This document shows, in pieces, positions 39,603 through 49,756 of a stretch of DNA of 64,000 nucleotides. Position numbers and translations under genes: made by a program. The notes under the pieces are model-generated. The model saw nothing but the letters and a program-made list of their open reading frames with translations. It was not told the origin of the DNA and did not search any database. Source of the DNA: Candidatus Hadarchaeota archaeon (lineage in GTDB: Archaea; Hadarchaeota; Hadarchaeia; Hadarchaeales; JAGGTB01); the NCBI GenBank assembly GCA_964608515.1, contig CAZSNS010000004.1, positions 1,600-65,599 of the forward strand, read 5' to 3'. The first letter of the stretch is position 1, and each line of letters begins with the position of its first letter.

Positions 39603-40115
39603 ATGGAGTTCAAAGGAGGTGAGTCAGTGAAAATAGGAATAATGGCCGACACGCATGATCATTTGAATGCTACTGAGAAAGCTATCGGTTTTTTTAACGG
39701 TAAAGGAGTGGAGCATGTGCTCCATGCAGGAGATTTGATTTCTCCATTTACCGCTGGCATGTTTTCAGATTTGGAAGCGGAATTTCACTATGTTTGGGGA
39801 AATAACGATGGCGACCATTTACACACCAATTCTAAATTGGAAGAAATAGGAGCGGACCCCGGAGAAGAATTCAAATCTCTAGAAATAGATGGTCTCAAAA
39901 TAGCGTTATTGCATGGCACCGATAGGAACATAGTCGACTCTTTAGCAAAAAATGAAGAATTTGATTTAGTGGTTCGAGGACATACTCACGAACCAGAAAT
40001 CCAAGAAGATCCTCTAATGATAAACCCAGGACCAACTTCAGGCTATCTAGCCGAAAGACAAACAGTAGCAGTTTTCGACACGGAAAAAATGGAAGGAAAA
40101 ATCTCCGAACTATAA
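39603..40115 (+). CDS. YfcE/MJ0936-type phosphodiesterase
   Basis: DTH, GD, GNND, HG, GHTH, NPG in canonical order. Confidence 0.92.
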   Translation: MEFKGGESVKIGIMADTHDHLNATEKAIGFFNGKGVEHVLHAGDLISPFTAGMFSDLEAEFHYVWGNNDGDHLHTNSKLEEIGADPGEEFKSLEIDGLKIALLHGTDRNIVDSLAKNEEFDLVVRGHTHEPEIQEDPLMINPGPTSGYLAERQTVAVFDTEKMEGKISEL

Positions 40116-40293
40116 TTTAAAAATACAAGAAAAATTTCTCGATTTAAAACCTCAAAAGCGGAGAAATACCGGAAACACTCTCCGAAATACAAAAAACATA
40201 TTGTGAAAAATTTTTCTTACCCTCCTGTTTCAAAAAATAAAAAAGAAAAGTAGAGCTTTATTTTTAAGAATACATCCAAAGAAAGGTGACTAT

Positions 40294-42516
40294 ATGCCAA
40301 CCGAACTATACCTGAAAGGATTATCAGAAAACTCAGGCCCCGGAGACGTGCTGGGAGCCATCGCGAATGAGGCTAATGTTGATGGGGATAGAATAGGGAA
40401 TATAGATATAAAAGGTTCTATAGCCTCTGTTTCCGTCGATGAAGAAATAGCTGATAAAATTCTTGAAGATTTAGAAAAAGTTTCAGGAAAATCAGTCACA
40501 GTTGCCCGTATAGATCGGGAAAATAAAAAATCTCATTTTTTCAAACTCGCAAAATTAGTCGAAATAGAAAGAGAAGAGGAAATGAAAAGACACGAAGAAG
40601 AAATAAAAAATATGTCAGGCCCTGAGAGAGAAGGGAAAGGAAGGGCTATACTTCATTTGAAAGGAAGGGATGAAGGGACGGGATTGGGCGGCAAGTTTTT
40701 GATTAAGTTCCTAAGACAGAGACAGGGTGAAACTCTTCCCGATACCGAGATAAGTATTGGGGACTTAGTAATGCTTTCAAAAGATGACCCTCTCAGAGAA
40801 GACAATCCAACAGGAACTGTATCGAAAAAGACGAACTATTCAATAACCGTCGCTTTTGACAATGAACCCCCAGGATTCCTTTACGGCAAAGGACTTAGAT
40901 GCGACCTATATGTCAACGATATCACATATCAAAGACAACTAGAAGCACTCTCAAGAGTAGTGGAGTCGGAAAACGAAAGAGTTGAGAGCCTCGCAAAAAA
41001 AGCTCTAAAAAAACAAGATATCGAATTTGGAGAAAAAAGAGAAAATATAAAATTTTTCAACGAAAATTTGAACCCTTCACAAAGACAAGCCGTCGGAAAA
41101 GCATTGTCGGCAAAAGATTATTTCCTTATCCACGGCCCGCCCGGGACTGGTAAGACTGTAACTTGTGTTGAGGTTGCTAGGCAACTGGTGGAGGAGGGGG
41201 AGGATGTTATTTGCACTGCTGATTCTAATACCGCGGTAGATAATTTAGTGGAATGGTTAGCGGAGGCTGGGGAGAAAGTTGTCAGAGTTGGTCATCCTGC
41301 TAGGGTGACTCCAACTTTAAGAAGTCATACTTTAGATGAAATTGTTCAACAAAATGAAAAATATCAGGAAAGTCAGGAGCTCAGAGAAAAAGCAAATGAT
41401 TTGATGGATAAGCAAGACGACCTAACTCACCCGAGTGGAAGATGGAGAAGAGGGATGAGCGATGAAAAAATAAAAGCTCTAGCCGAAAAAGGAAAAGGTT
41501 CGAGAGGAGTGTCCTCCTCCAAAATAAAGGAAATGGCTTCATGGTTAGAAATTCAGGAAAAAATCAACAATATTTTCTCAAAAATAGAAAGACTCGAGGA
41601 TGAAGCTGTGAATGAGATCTTGGAATGGGCAAATATAGTTTGCGCCACAAATTCCGGTTGCGGCTCTGAGTTATTGTCTGGTAAAGAATTTGACACGGTA
41701 GTAATAGACGAAGCCACTCAATCAACCGAACCGAGCTGTTGGATACCAATAACCCTAGCCAAAAAAGCGATAATGGCTGGAGATCACAAACAGCTTCCGC
41801 CCACAATTCTAAGCGAAAAAGCTAAAGAATTGAACCAAACGTTATTCTCTTCTCTTATAGAGAGATATGGAGAAAGAATCAGAAACATGTTAAAAATCCA
41901 GTACAGAATGCACGAAGATATTATGAATTTTTCAAATCACGAATTTTACGACGGGGTTTTAGAGGCTGATGATTCTGTGGCTAAGCATACTTTGAATGAT
42001 TTGATTGATTTTGAATCGGAAGGAGAGAATTGGTGTGAAAATGCGATAGCTCCGGATGTTCCTGTTGTTTTTGTTGATACTGTTGATATTGAAGCTGGTG
42101 AAAGGACCAGAAAAGGTTCTACTTCGAAAGAGAATCCTAAAGAAGCTGAACTTGTAGAATCAGTGGTTTCCAGACTTTTGGATACAGGTTTGGAGTCAGT
42201 CGATATTGCTGTGATTACCCCTTATGATGATCAAGTTGATTTGATAGACAGAAAATTAGATTTAGAAGATTTGGAAGTCGATACTGTCGACGGTTTTCAG
42301 GGGAGAGAAAAAGAAACTGTGATATTGTCTCTGGTCCGCAGTAATAGTAACGATAATATTGGGTTTTTAGAAGATGTTCGAAGACTAAATGTTTCTCTGA
42401 CAAGAGCTAAACGAAAATTGGTGATTATAGGGGATTCTTCAACTATAAGCGGACATGAAACTTATTCGAACTTGCTTGATTATGTCTCGGAAGTGGGAAA
42501 AATATTAAGATTATAG
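40294..42516 (+). CDS. IGHMBP2/Upf1-like SF1 helicase with N-terminal DbpA-type RNA-binding domain
   Basis: GPPGTGKT, DEATQ, GDHKQL, QYRM, TVDGFQGRE, NVSLTRAK; N-terminal PGDVLGAIANE...IGNIDI. Confidence 0.9.
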   Translation: MPTELYLKGLSENSGPGDVLGAIANEANVDGDRIGNIDIKGSIASVSVDEEIADKILEDLEKVSGKSVTVARIDRENKKSHFFKLAKLVEIEREEEMKRHEEEIKNMSGPEREGKGRAILHLKGRDEGTGLGGKFLIKFLRQRQGETLPDTEISIGDLVMLSKDDPLREDNPTGTVSKKTNYSITVAFDNEPPGFLYGKGLRCDLYVNDITYQRQLEALSRVVESENERVESLAKKALKKQDIEFGEKRENIKFFNENLNPSQRQAVGKALSAKDYFLIHGPPGTGKTVTCVEVARQLVEEGEDVICTADSNTAVDNLVEWLAEAGEKVVRVGHPARVTPTLRSHTLDEIVQQNEKYQESQELREKANDLMDKQDDLTHPSGRWRRGMSDEKIKALAEKGKGSRGVSSSKIKEMASWLEIQEKINNIFSKIERLEDEAVNEILEWANIVCATNSGCGSELLSGKEFDTVVIDEATQSTEPSCWIPITLAKKAIMAGDHKQLPPTILSEKAKELNQTLFSSLIERYGERIRNMLKIQYRMHEDIMNFSNHEFYDGVLEADDSVAKHTLNDLIDFESEGENWCENAIAPDVPVVFVDTVDIEAGERTRKGSTSKENPKEAELVESVVSRLLDTGLESVDIAVITPYDDQVDLIDRKLDLEDLEVDTVDGFQGREKETVILSLVRSNSNDNIGFLEDVRRLNVSLTRAKRKLVIIGDSSTISGHETYSNLLDYVSEVGKILRL

Positions 42517-42579
42517 AATTTTTCTAAGAATCCTGTAGTTTTTTGGATTAAGGTCTATCTTTTTTGTTTGGAAAGCGTG

Positions 42580-42774
42580 TTAATTTCCAACTTTGTATTT
42601 CAATATTAGCCAAGTTACGAGCAAGATTGCTCCAATTCCAACATATAGCAAACCTTTCCTTAAATACGAAGGATATGAGTTGTTCACTTGCGTCAGAGAA
42701 AATACTGATAGGGACAAAATCTTCTCATAGTGATGATTTTCATTCTGATTTGGAGTCTTTACCGTTTTTTTCAT
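42580..42774 (-). CDS. Small membrane protein or fragment
   Basis: 64 aa with one C-terminal TM segment. Confidence 0.3.
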   Translation of the reverse strand: MKKTVKTPNQNENHHYEKILSLSVFSLTQVNNSYPSYLRKGLLYVGIGAILLVTWLILKYKVGN

Positions 42775-42922
42775 TGGAACCGTTTCAACTTTTACTTTAG
42801 ATATTTAAAATGATGTTACTTTCTATTGGAGAATAATTTTTCAGATTTTTTGAAAATAAAAATAATTAAAAACTTTCATTAAGGAAGTTTTTACAGTATC
42901 AGTTTGTTGAAAAGGGAAAAAA

Positions 42923-43972
42923 ATGAAAGAAGAATCTAAAAACGATAAAATTGCTGAAAATATTTTCGAGACTATTGGAAACACTCCCTTAGTGAAATTG
43001 GAAAAGCTACCCGAATTAGATGAAAGAAACGGTTCTATTTTAGGCAAACTTGAAATGTTCAACCCTACAGGGAGCTTGAAGGATAGGATATATTACAAAA
43101 TGATTACCGAAGCTATGGAAAGAGGGGAGCTAGAACCTGGAATGAGTATAATTGAGGCTTCAACAGGAAACGCTGGAATTGCTTGCTCCTTCACTGGAAA
43201 CCTGCTCGGTTTCGACGTAACGATCGTAATGCCTGAGGGTATGAGTGAAGAGCGACAAAAAATTATGGAAGCATATGGAGCAAATCTACTCTTCACCCCG
43301 GGAGGCGAAAGCGACGTAGATTTAGCTCTTGAAAAAGTACAAGAAATGAAAGATGAAAACCCAGGCCAATATTGGGAACCTGGCCAGTTTGAGAATGAGG
43401 ATAATCTTTTAGCTCATTATGAGACTACTGGTCCGGAGATTTGGGATCAAACTGATGGGGATTTAGATGCTTTTGTTGCCACTCAAGGGACGGGGGGGAC
43501 TATTTCGGGCATTGGTAGATTTTTGAAGGAGAAGGATTCCTCTATAAAACTTTATGCTGGAGAGCCTGAGGAGGCTCCGCTTCTTTCGGAGAGACAGTGG
43601 GGTAGTCATCGTATCGAAGGGATTGGGGATGGTTTTGTTCCGAGAAATCTTGATTTGTCAATACTGGACGGGATTATAACTTCTCGTTCTCAAGAATCGA
43701 TTGAAATGGCTCAACGTTTATCTAGAGAAGAAGGGCTTTTTTGTGGGATTTCTTCTGGGGCCAATGTTGTGGCTTGTCTTAAGCTTATGGAAGAGCATGA
43801 GGATTTCGATAGAATTGTGACCATGATTAACGATTCTGGTGAGAGATATTATTCTACGCCGTTGTGTGGTGTGGAGAAAGAGCTTGATGTTCCGGATAGG
43901 GAACATCCGATGGATGAGTACACTATTAAACAGCTTGATAAGTATCAGGAAGATTGGGAAATTATTAGGTGA
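42923..43972 (+). CDS. cysK: PLP-dependent cysteine synthase family protein
   Basis: IGNTPL, NPTGSLKDR, STGNAG, GTGGT, IEGIG, GISSGAN. Confidence 0.85.
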   Translation: MKEESKNDKIAENIFETIGNTPLVKLEKLPELDERNGSILGKLEMFNPTGSLKDRIYYKMITEAMERGELEPGMSIIEASTGNAGIACSFTGNLLGFDVTIVMPEGMSEERQKIMEAYGANLLFTPGGESDVDLALEKVQEMKDENPGQYWEPGQFENEDNLLAHYETTGPEIWDQTDGDLDAFVATQGTGGTISGIGRFLKEKDSSIKLYAGEPEEAPLLSERQWGSHRIEGIGDGFVPRNLDLSILDGIITSRSQESIEMAQRLSREEGLFCGISSGANVVACLKLMEEHEDFDRIVTMINDSGERYYSTPLCGVEKELDVPDREHPMDEYTIKQLDKYQEDWEIIR

Positions 43973-43973
43973 A

Positions 43974-45338
43974 TTATTTAATCCCAGCTTTTCTCATTAT
44001 TCCTCTAGCAGCTAGTATTCCTGTGACGCTTGCGTTGATAATGTCTCGGGAAAGTCCGGCTCCGTCTCCTGCTACGAATAAGTTCTCCATATCGGTTTCC
44101 ATATTTTCATCCACTTGAATTTGCATAGCGTAAAGTTTGACTTCAGGTGCATATAGAAGAGTGGAGTTTGAAGCTACTCCAGGAATCACATTATCTAATT
44201 GGTCTAACCCTTCTCTCAAGTTTGTCACGATTCTTCCTGGAAGTGCCATTGAAATGTCGCCTGGTGTGACACTTCTCAGAGTTGGTTCTATGTGTCCTCT
44301 TTCGATCCTGCTTAGGGTTGATCTTTGTCCCTGTCTTAAGTCTCCTAATCTTTGAACGACTGGTTTTCCTCCTCCGATTGTTGTCGCGAGATTGCCGATT
44401 GATCCTCCATAGGCGGTGGTGTCGGTTACGGGTTCGGTGAGGGTGACTCTTGAAAGGAATGCGAAATTAGTATTTTCAGATTTTTTGTGCCGAAAGCTGT
44501 GACCGTTGACGCCTATGTGGTTGTCGTATTTTTCTTCTACTACGAATCCTTGGTGATTGGTACAGAAGGTTCGGACGAAGTCGTCGAAAGTTTTTGTTCT
44601 TATGTGAAATTTTGGATCTCTGCTTACTTCCACTGCCGGTTCCATAACAATTGACGGTACTTCCACACGAACCCCTACATCTATAGCTCCGTGTGATAGG
44701 GACAAGCCTAATTTTTGCGCCTGTTTAGAAAACCATATCGCACCCGATCTTCCTGGAGCTGCAAGGATATAATCTGCTTCTATTTTTTCCCCATCTACAA
44801 TTATCCCGTTTTGCACGATATCTTCTACTTTAGATTTCAGTTCGAACTCTACACCTTTGCTTTCTAAATCTTTCTTGTAAGATTCGATAATGTCCGGTAG
44901 ATTTTCAGAACCGATGTGTCGTTGCTTGATAGGGATAAACTTAACATCTGCAGCGGCTGCTTTCCGGGCTAATTCTTCGGTTCCGGAAGTTTTCTTATCA
45001 TAAATCCGGTCCGGAGCTCCGTGTTTTTGAAAAATTGAATCTACATGATCAATCAATTCATAAGCTTCGTCCATATTTACAAACTGAGTAAGGTCACCAC
45101 CGATGTAAGGACTGAGATTTAAAGTCCCGTCCGACATACCTCCCGCCCCTCCTAAACCTCGCATCACATCACAAGGTTCACACTGGACACACTCGGCCGT
45201 ATCAGCAGCTGGACAATCTCTTTCAAGAATTGACTTACCCCTTTCAATAATTTTTATCGATAAGTCAGAGTTTTCTGCTAGTTCTTCAGCAGCGAACAGT
45301 CCGGCTGGTCCGGCTCCGAAGATGATAACATCAGTCAT
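43974..45338 (-). CDS. FAD-dependent oxidoreductase (COG2509-like)
   Basis: GAGPAG, Cys cluster, GGAG..SDG, GVRVE, RTFC, GDGAG. Confidence 0.88.
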   Translation of the reverse strand: MTDVIIFGAGPAGLFAAEELAENSDLSIKIIERGKSILERDCPAADTAECVQCEPCDVMRGLGGAGGMSDGTLNLSPYIGGDLTQFVNMDEAYELIDHVDSIFQKHGAPDRIYDKKTSGTEELARKAAAADVKFIPIKQRHIGSENLPDIIESYKKDLESKGVEFELKSKVEDIVQNGIIVDGEKIEADYILAAPGRSGAIWFSKQAQKLGLSLSHGAIDVGVRVEVPSIVMEPAVEVSRDPKFHIRTKTFDDFVRTFCTNHQGFVVEEKYDNHIGVNGHSFRHKKSENTNFAFLSRVTLTEPVTDTTAYGGSIGNLATTIGGGKPVVQRLGDLRQGQRSTLSRIERGHIEPTLRSVTPGDISMALPGRIVTNLREGLDQLDNVIPGVASNSTLLYAPEVKLYAMQIQVDENMETDMENLFVAGDGAGLSRDIINASVTGILAARGIMRKAGIK

Positions 45339-45401
45339 GTTTAGCCCTCACAAAATAATGGCTTCTGTATAAAAAAATTACCAATCCCGTGTAAACCAAA
45401 A

Positions 45402-46175
45402 TTATTCCTTCAAATTCTCTAGCTCGCCCAAAAAAGTCCCATCAAGCAAATGAACTTCAGCCCGATCCAAATCCACAGCATCCGACTTAAAAAGAGGACC
45501 TAAAAGATCCTCCGGAATCTCCCTATTGAACGCACCTCCACCCACTAACTTACTAAAAGCAGGAACAATCATAACCTCTGGCCCTTCTCCTTCTACAACT
45601 TTTCGAAGATTTTCCGGTAAATTCTCAATTTTTAGTTTCGTTTTAATCCAAGCCGATTCTTTAGCTTTACCACCAAGATCATCTCTAAACTCAATCGTGG
45701 GATGATTATGACCCATCACCAAAAAATCGGCTCTAATCAGGTCTTCTCCAGGCCAAGCATGTCCGTGTAATAATCCGATTTTTCCTTCTCCGATTGTTGT
45801 GCCTTTTGCTTCGTGTAGTTTTACATCTCTAGGGATTAGTCCTTCGATGTCTCCGTCATGGTTTCCAGGTGTGATTTCTACTTTTACCTCTTTGCTCAGG
45901 TCTGCAAAAAAGTCGGGTAAATATTCCCATTCTTCCCAGCTCGTAACTGGAATATTGTGTTTTACATCTCCCAGAAAAAACAATCTGTCCGCCCCTTCGT
46001 CGTTAATAATTTCAAACAAACGGTTCTGTACTTCGGGGACACGGTTTGGGATCTCGATTCCCTTTTTAGCCAGCTCTGCTGCGAGCCCTAAGTGAAGGTC
46101 GCCTACGGCTATAACTATCTCATCATCAAGCACGATTCTTAGCGCTGGAGTGTCGTGGATAGGTATTATTTTCAT
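45402..46175 (-). CDS. Archaeal metallophosphoesterase (COG1407-like)
   Basis: DLHLG, GDVKH, GNHD, HGH, GHNHP, PAF. Confidence 0.88.
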   Translation of the reverse strand: MKIIPIHDTPALRIVLDDEIVIAVGDLHLGLAAELAKKGIEIPNRVPEVQNRLFEIINDEGADRLFFLGDVKHNIPVTSWEEWEYLPDFFADLSKEVKVEITPGNHDGDIEGLIPRDVKLHEAKGTTIGEGKIGLLHGHAWPGEDLIRADFLVMGHNHPTIEFRDDLGGKAKESAWIKTKLKIENLPENLRKVVEGEGPEVMIVPAFSKLVGGGAFNREIPEDLLGPLFKSDAVDLDRAEVHLLDGTFLGELENLKE

Positions 46176-46227
46176 TTTAACCCTTGAACAATTAAGAAAA
46201 ATATCCTGACCTAAATTAAGCTAAGGA

Positions 46228-46252
46228 TTTTTGTTATGGGTGTAACAAAAAA
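46228..46252 (+). repeat. Palindromic element copy 7
   Basis: TTTTTGTTATGGGTGTAACAAAAAA. Confidence 0.97.
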
Positions 46253-46374
46253 TGGTGAATACTCCAAAACATCTTTAGCCATTATAACAATTACGAGAAG
46301 AATTTGTTCAATTTTTCGCAGTGTATGTGTTTTACAGCTTAAAAATCGATGTTTAGATAGAGATTATAGGTCTC

Positions 46375-46722
46375 TCAATCGTTTTCACGTGATATATAGG
46401 ATTTCAAATCCTCAACCACTTCCTCAAGCAAGTCAAGTTTCAGCTTTCCTATTTTCTCCTGTATGTCTTCATGCTTGAGGGTAATAATAACCCAAGGGGC
46501 GACATAGCTCTTTTTTGGAGCGCTACCCTTTATCCAGTGCTCTTCTCTTATCTCGATAACCTCTTCCCTTTTCCTAGTAGTCAAAGTGGCAGCTAAGTAC
46601 TCTTCTCCGTGAAACGGATGCTTTTTATTACTCAAGACCACCCATGGCCTGGGCCTGACCACGGATTTGAACGGTTCAGGACCCCAGACAACGTCTCCGC
46701 GACTGTAGGACAGATTTATCAC
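46375..46722 (-). CDS. PemK/MazF-like toxin (haloarchaeal type)
   Basis: RGDVVW..PF...RPWVV.S...LTT. Confidence 0.85.
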   Translation of the reverse strand: MINLSYSRGDVVWGPEPFKSVVRPRPWVVLSNKKHPFHGEEYLAATLTTRKREEVIEIREEHWIKGSAPKKSYVAPWVIITLKHEDIQEKIGKLKLDLLEEVVEDLKSYISREND

Positions 46723-47057
46723 TCCCGATCGAGCCAGTCTTCCTCGAGTTCTTCACCGAGCTTCTCGTTTGCAGTCTTTGTCCCGTAAACTTCGGATGCC
46801 AAGGTCGCTATTTTATCGTCCTCGGCTAAGGCCCAGTAGTTACCTTTGTGTCTCACCAGTCCTTTCTCCTTCAGTCTGGAGAGTGTCACTCCTATGCTTC
46901 CTTTTTTAATTCCGGTAGCTTCCATTATTTCCTTCCTTGTGAAGGCTTTGTCGGGGTTTTTCAGGAGGAATTTCAGAGTTTTTCCGGCGTTCGTTCCCTC
47001 CTCTATTTCGAGTGCTTTTTCTGGAGCCTTTTTGAACTGATCGATACTCACGGGCAT
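46719..47057 (-). CDS. wHTH antitoxin
   Basis: MPVSIDQF...AFT..EI...TG...GS....LSRL...GLV.H...YW; overlaps the toxin start by 4 bp. Confidence 0.8.
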   Translation of the reverse strand: MPVSIDQFKKAPEKALEIEEGTNAGKTLKFLLKNPDKAFTRKEIMEATGIKKGSIGVTLSRLKEKGLVRHKGNYWALAEDDKIATLASEVYGTKTANEKLGEELEEDWLDRE

Positions 47058-47238
47058 ATTGTGTAACAATATGTAACTAAAAGTAATAAAAGTTGAGGAT
47101 CGGGTGGGGAAAACGATCAAAGGATACTTGCGACATTATCCGCTCAAGTGAAGCTTATCCACGATATAATAACTGTAAGATCGGGAAAAAGCCATTTACT
47201 GCGGTCCTAATGAAAGGTTACGGGCAAAAAATCCCTAA

Positions 47239-47264
47239 TTTTTTGTTACACCCATAACAAAAAA
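47239..47264 (-). repeat. Palindromic element copy 8 (core inverted)
   Basis: TTTTTTGTTA-CACCCA-TAACAAAAAA on the + strand. Confidence 0.97.
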
Positions 47265-47313
47265 TACACTATTAAAACCGACAATCGAAAATACAATTGT
47301 CTGAAAAGGTAAA

Positions 47314-47796
47314 ATGATAAAAAATCCTCACGAACCCGGTCTAGGACCGGAACATCCCTACGGGGATTTCATCCAGTTCTTAATGTTCGTACTATTTTTC
47401 GTAATCTTGGGGTTAGATTCTTTCATATATGGTTTCTCCACTCTGAGTGATTTACTTCCTTTATACATTCGTGTGGTTATTTCCATTCCCGTTTTTGTTT
47501 TAGGCGGATATTTGGCAGTTAAGTCACATTTTGTAATTTTTAGAATTGAAGGCGAAGACGAACTTGTCGAAAAGGGCCTTTATTCGTTAGTTAGGCATCC
47601 GATGTATCTTGGAGGGCTTTTGTTTTTCTTGGGATTTGTTATTCTCACTTTCTCAATTTTGTCTTTTTTGATATGGTGTGGACTGTTTGCGGTTTATGAT
47701 TGGTTGGCCTCCTATGAGGAAAACGAACTAATCCGATTGCTTGGTGAAGAATACGAGAAATATCAAGAAGAGGTACCAAAATGGATTCCAGTTTAA
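47314..47796 (+). CDS. ICMT/PEMT-family membrane methyltransferase
   Basis: GLYS.VRHPMYLG, EE..L...GEEY..Y...VP. Confidence 0.9.
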   Translation: MIKNPHEPGLGPEHPYGDFIQFLMFVLFFVILGLDSFIYGFSTLSDLLPLYIRVVISIPVFVLGGYLAVKSHFVIFRIEGEDELVEKGLYSLVRHPMYLGGLLFFLGFVILTFSILSFLIWCGLFAVYDWLASYEENELIRLLGEEYEKYQEEVPKWIPV

Positions 47797-47861
47797 GATT
47801 CTTTTTGTTTAATTCCGATTATCAGAATTTTTCGGGCTAGATTCTTTTCAAATTAGTTTTA

Positions 47862-49679
47862 TTAAATCAAGTCTTCCATATTTAGTTCTTCCAGTTTTTC
47901 TTTAGTAGGTCCGGTCTTATCCCAGCCTCGAATTTTGTAATATTTATCGATTGTTTTTTGCAAATCTTTTTCAGGCACGGTTTTATTTGCACTAGAGCCT
48001 TGGGGCATTGGTTCTTCGAATCTTTTCGGCAAGTGGTCTTTTTCCTTTCCAATACCTTCTCTGCTTGCGAGCATTTTCAAGAGGTTGATGTTACGTTCGC
48101 CGATTTTCAACATCTCTTCTTTTCCGATTTCCATTCCGGTCGCTGCTTCGTGTATTTCCCGAATCTCTGGATAGGTATAGGCTCCATTGGAGTAAGCTAC
48201 CCAAGCTGTATAAGCACAAACGATAGAGGAGTTTGAGAAAGATACTACTTCTTCATAAATTTTGCAAAATTCTGGTTTTGATTCTAGATCAAATCTGTCA
48301 ATAGGTTCTTCAATTTCTAATTCCTCAGGATGAGTCTTGAAAGTATCATGTAAAACTTCCATATGATTAGCCCCTCTAGGAGTAACCGAATAGGTCAAAG
48401 CCAACGCGTTCTTACCCCGCGGCTCGTGCATCGGAATTTCTTGACCTTTTACCTCCATTGCAAAATCAGCATCGACTTTCTCAGAAACTTTATCGATCCC
48501 ATTGGCTAACATATCACCAATACCTTCACGATGTGCGATTTTATCAACCAATTCAACCATCTTTTCCGCGTCTCCCCACTCAATATCTTCATCAATCAAC
48601 CCTTTTTCCGAAGCTTCCATCGCAAAAGCAATGGTATCACCCGTACTAATAGTGTCCAAACTATAACGGTTACATTTTTGATTAGCCAAAGCAATAGCGT
48701 CCAAATTATCATTCATACACAAAGAACCAAAAGCTCCAATGGTCTCATATTCAGGACCGCCGTATTTTTCCTCAACTTTCTCTTCATTGAATTGGGTTTT
48801 TACCACTCTTTTACATCTAACTGGGCATCCTGCACAAGTGTCTCTTTCTTCTAGGATTTTTTTGTACATTTCCTCGCCGCTAATTTTTTCTGCGCCGTCA
48901 AAAACTCCTTCTTGAAAATTTTTAGTAGGTAAGACACCCGTTTCGTTCAAACTGGTGACAACACCAGAGGAACCGTATTTTCCCCACTCGATCGCTGGAG
49001 ATAATTTTTCCACATATTCCGAACGGATTTCTTTCAACTTCTCTTCATCGTCAATGGGCTTATCTAAGTTCCCGTCGACTAGAACGGCTTTTAATTTTTT
49101 TGAACCCATTACGGCGCCAAATCCTGGTCTTCCTGCTGCTCTATTTCTATCATTTATTACGCAAGCAAATTTGACTAGGTTTTCTCCTCCGATTCCAATA
49201 CTTGAAACTCTCCCACCGTCATGCTTATCCTTAAGTTCCTTTTCGGTTTCAGCGACATCCTTACCCCAAAGATTCTCAGCGTCGTGAATATGCCCTTCAC
49301 CATCAATCAAAGTTACATATTTCGGAGAGTCAGCTTTTCCCCTAACAATAATTCCATCATATCCTGACTGTCCAATTTGATGAGCGAAGAAACCACCCGC
49401 ATAAGAATCATTCACACTACTAGTTTTTGGAGACTTAGCCATAACCACATGCCTACCGGCACCAGGTACTCCGGTCCCTTGAAGAGGACCAGTTGCAAAA
49501 ATTAGAATATTTTCCTCACCTAGAGGGTCTTCTCCACCTTCTAACTCTTCCCAGAGTATTCTGGCACCAAGTCCACGTCCTCCTAGGTATTTTTCTATCC
49601 ATTCTTCTGGAATATTATAGTCCTGAATTTCATTATCGGAAAGATTTATATCTAAAAATTTTCCAAATAATCCTTTCAC
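47862..49679 (-). CDS. aor: Tungsten-containing aldehyde:ferredoxin oxidoreductase family protein
   Basis: GGRGLG, KSP, GAVMGSKKLKA, C..CPVRC, GPEYET, D.IS.G. Confidence 0.9.
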   Translation of the reverse strand: MKGLFGKFLDINLSDNEIQDYNIPEEWIEKYLGGRGLGARILWEELEGGEDPLGEENILIFATGPLQGTGVPGAGRHVVMAKSPKTSSVNDSYAGGFFAHQIGQSGYDGIIVRGKADSPKYVTLIDGEGHIHDAENLWGKDVAETEKELKDKHDGGRVSSIGIGGENLVKFACVINDRNRAAGRPGFGAVMGSKKLKAVLVDGNLDKPIDDEEKLKEIRSEYVEKLSPAIEWGKYGSSGVVTSLNETGVLPTKNFQEGVFDGAEKISGEEMYKKILEERDTCAGCPVRCKRVVKTQFNEEKVEEKYGGPEYETIGAFGSLCMNDNLDAIALANQKCNRYSLDTISTGDTIAFAMEASEKGLIDEDIEWGDAEKMVELVDKIAHREGIGDMLANGIDKVSEKVDADFAMEVKGQEIPMHEPRGKNALALTYSVTPRGANHMEVLHDTFKTHPEELEIEEPIDRFDLESKPEFCKIYEEVVSFSNSSIVCAYTAWVAYSNGAYTYPEIREIHEAATGMEIGKEEMLKIGERNINLLKMLASREGIGKEKDHLPKRFEEPMPQGSSANKTVPEKDLQKTIDKYYKIRGWDKTGPTKEKLEELNMEDLI

Positions 49680-49756
49680 TTTACCCCGATAAAGAATTGT
49701 TTTACCGCAGATTTTAAGTTTTGTTCGAAATCAATTCCCGATTTTTTGGATAAGGT

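Noticed and set aside
46236..46478. ORF starting MGVTK
   Set aside because: The ATG comes from the palindrome core and the ORF is antisense to the toxin gene.
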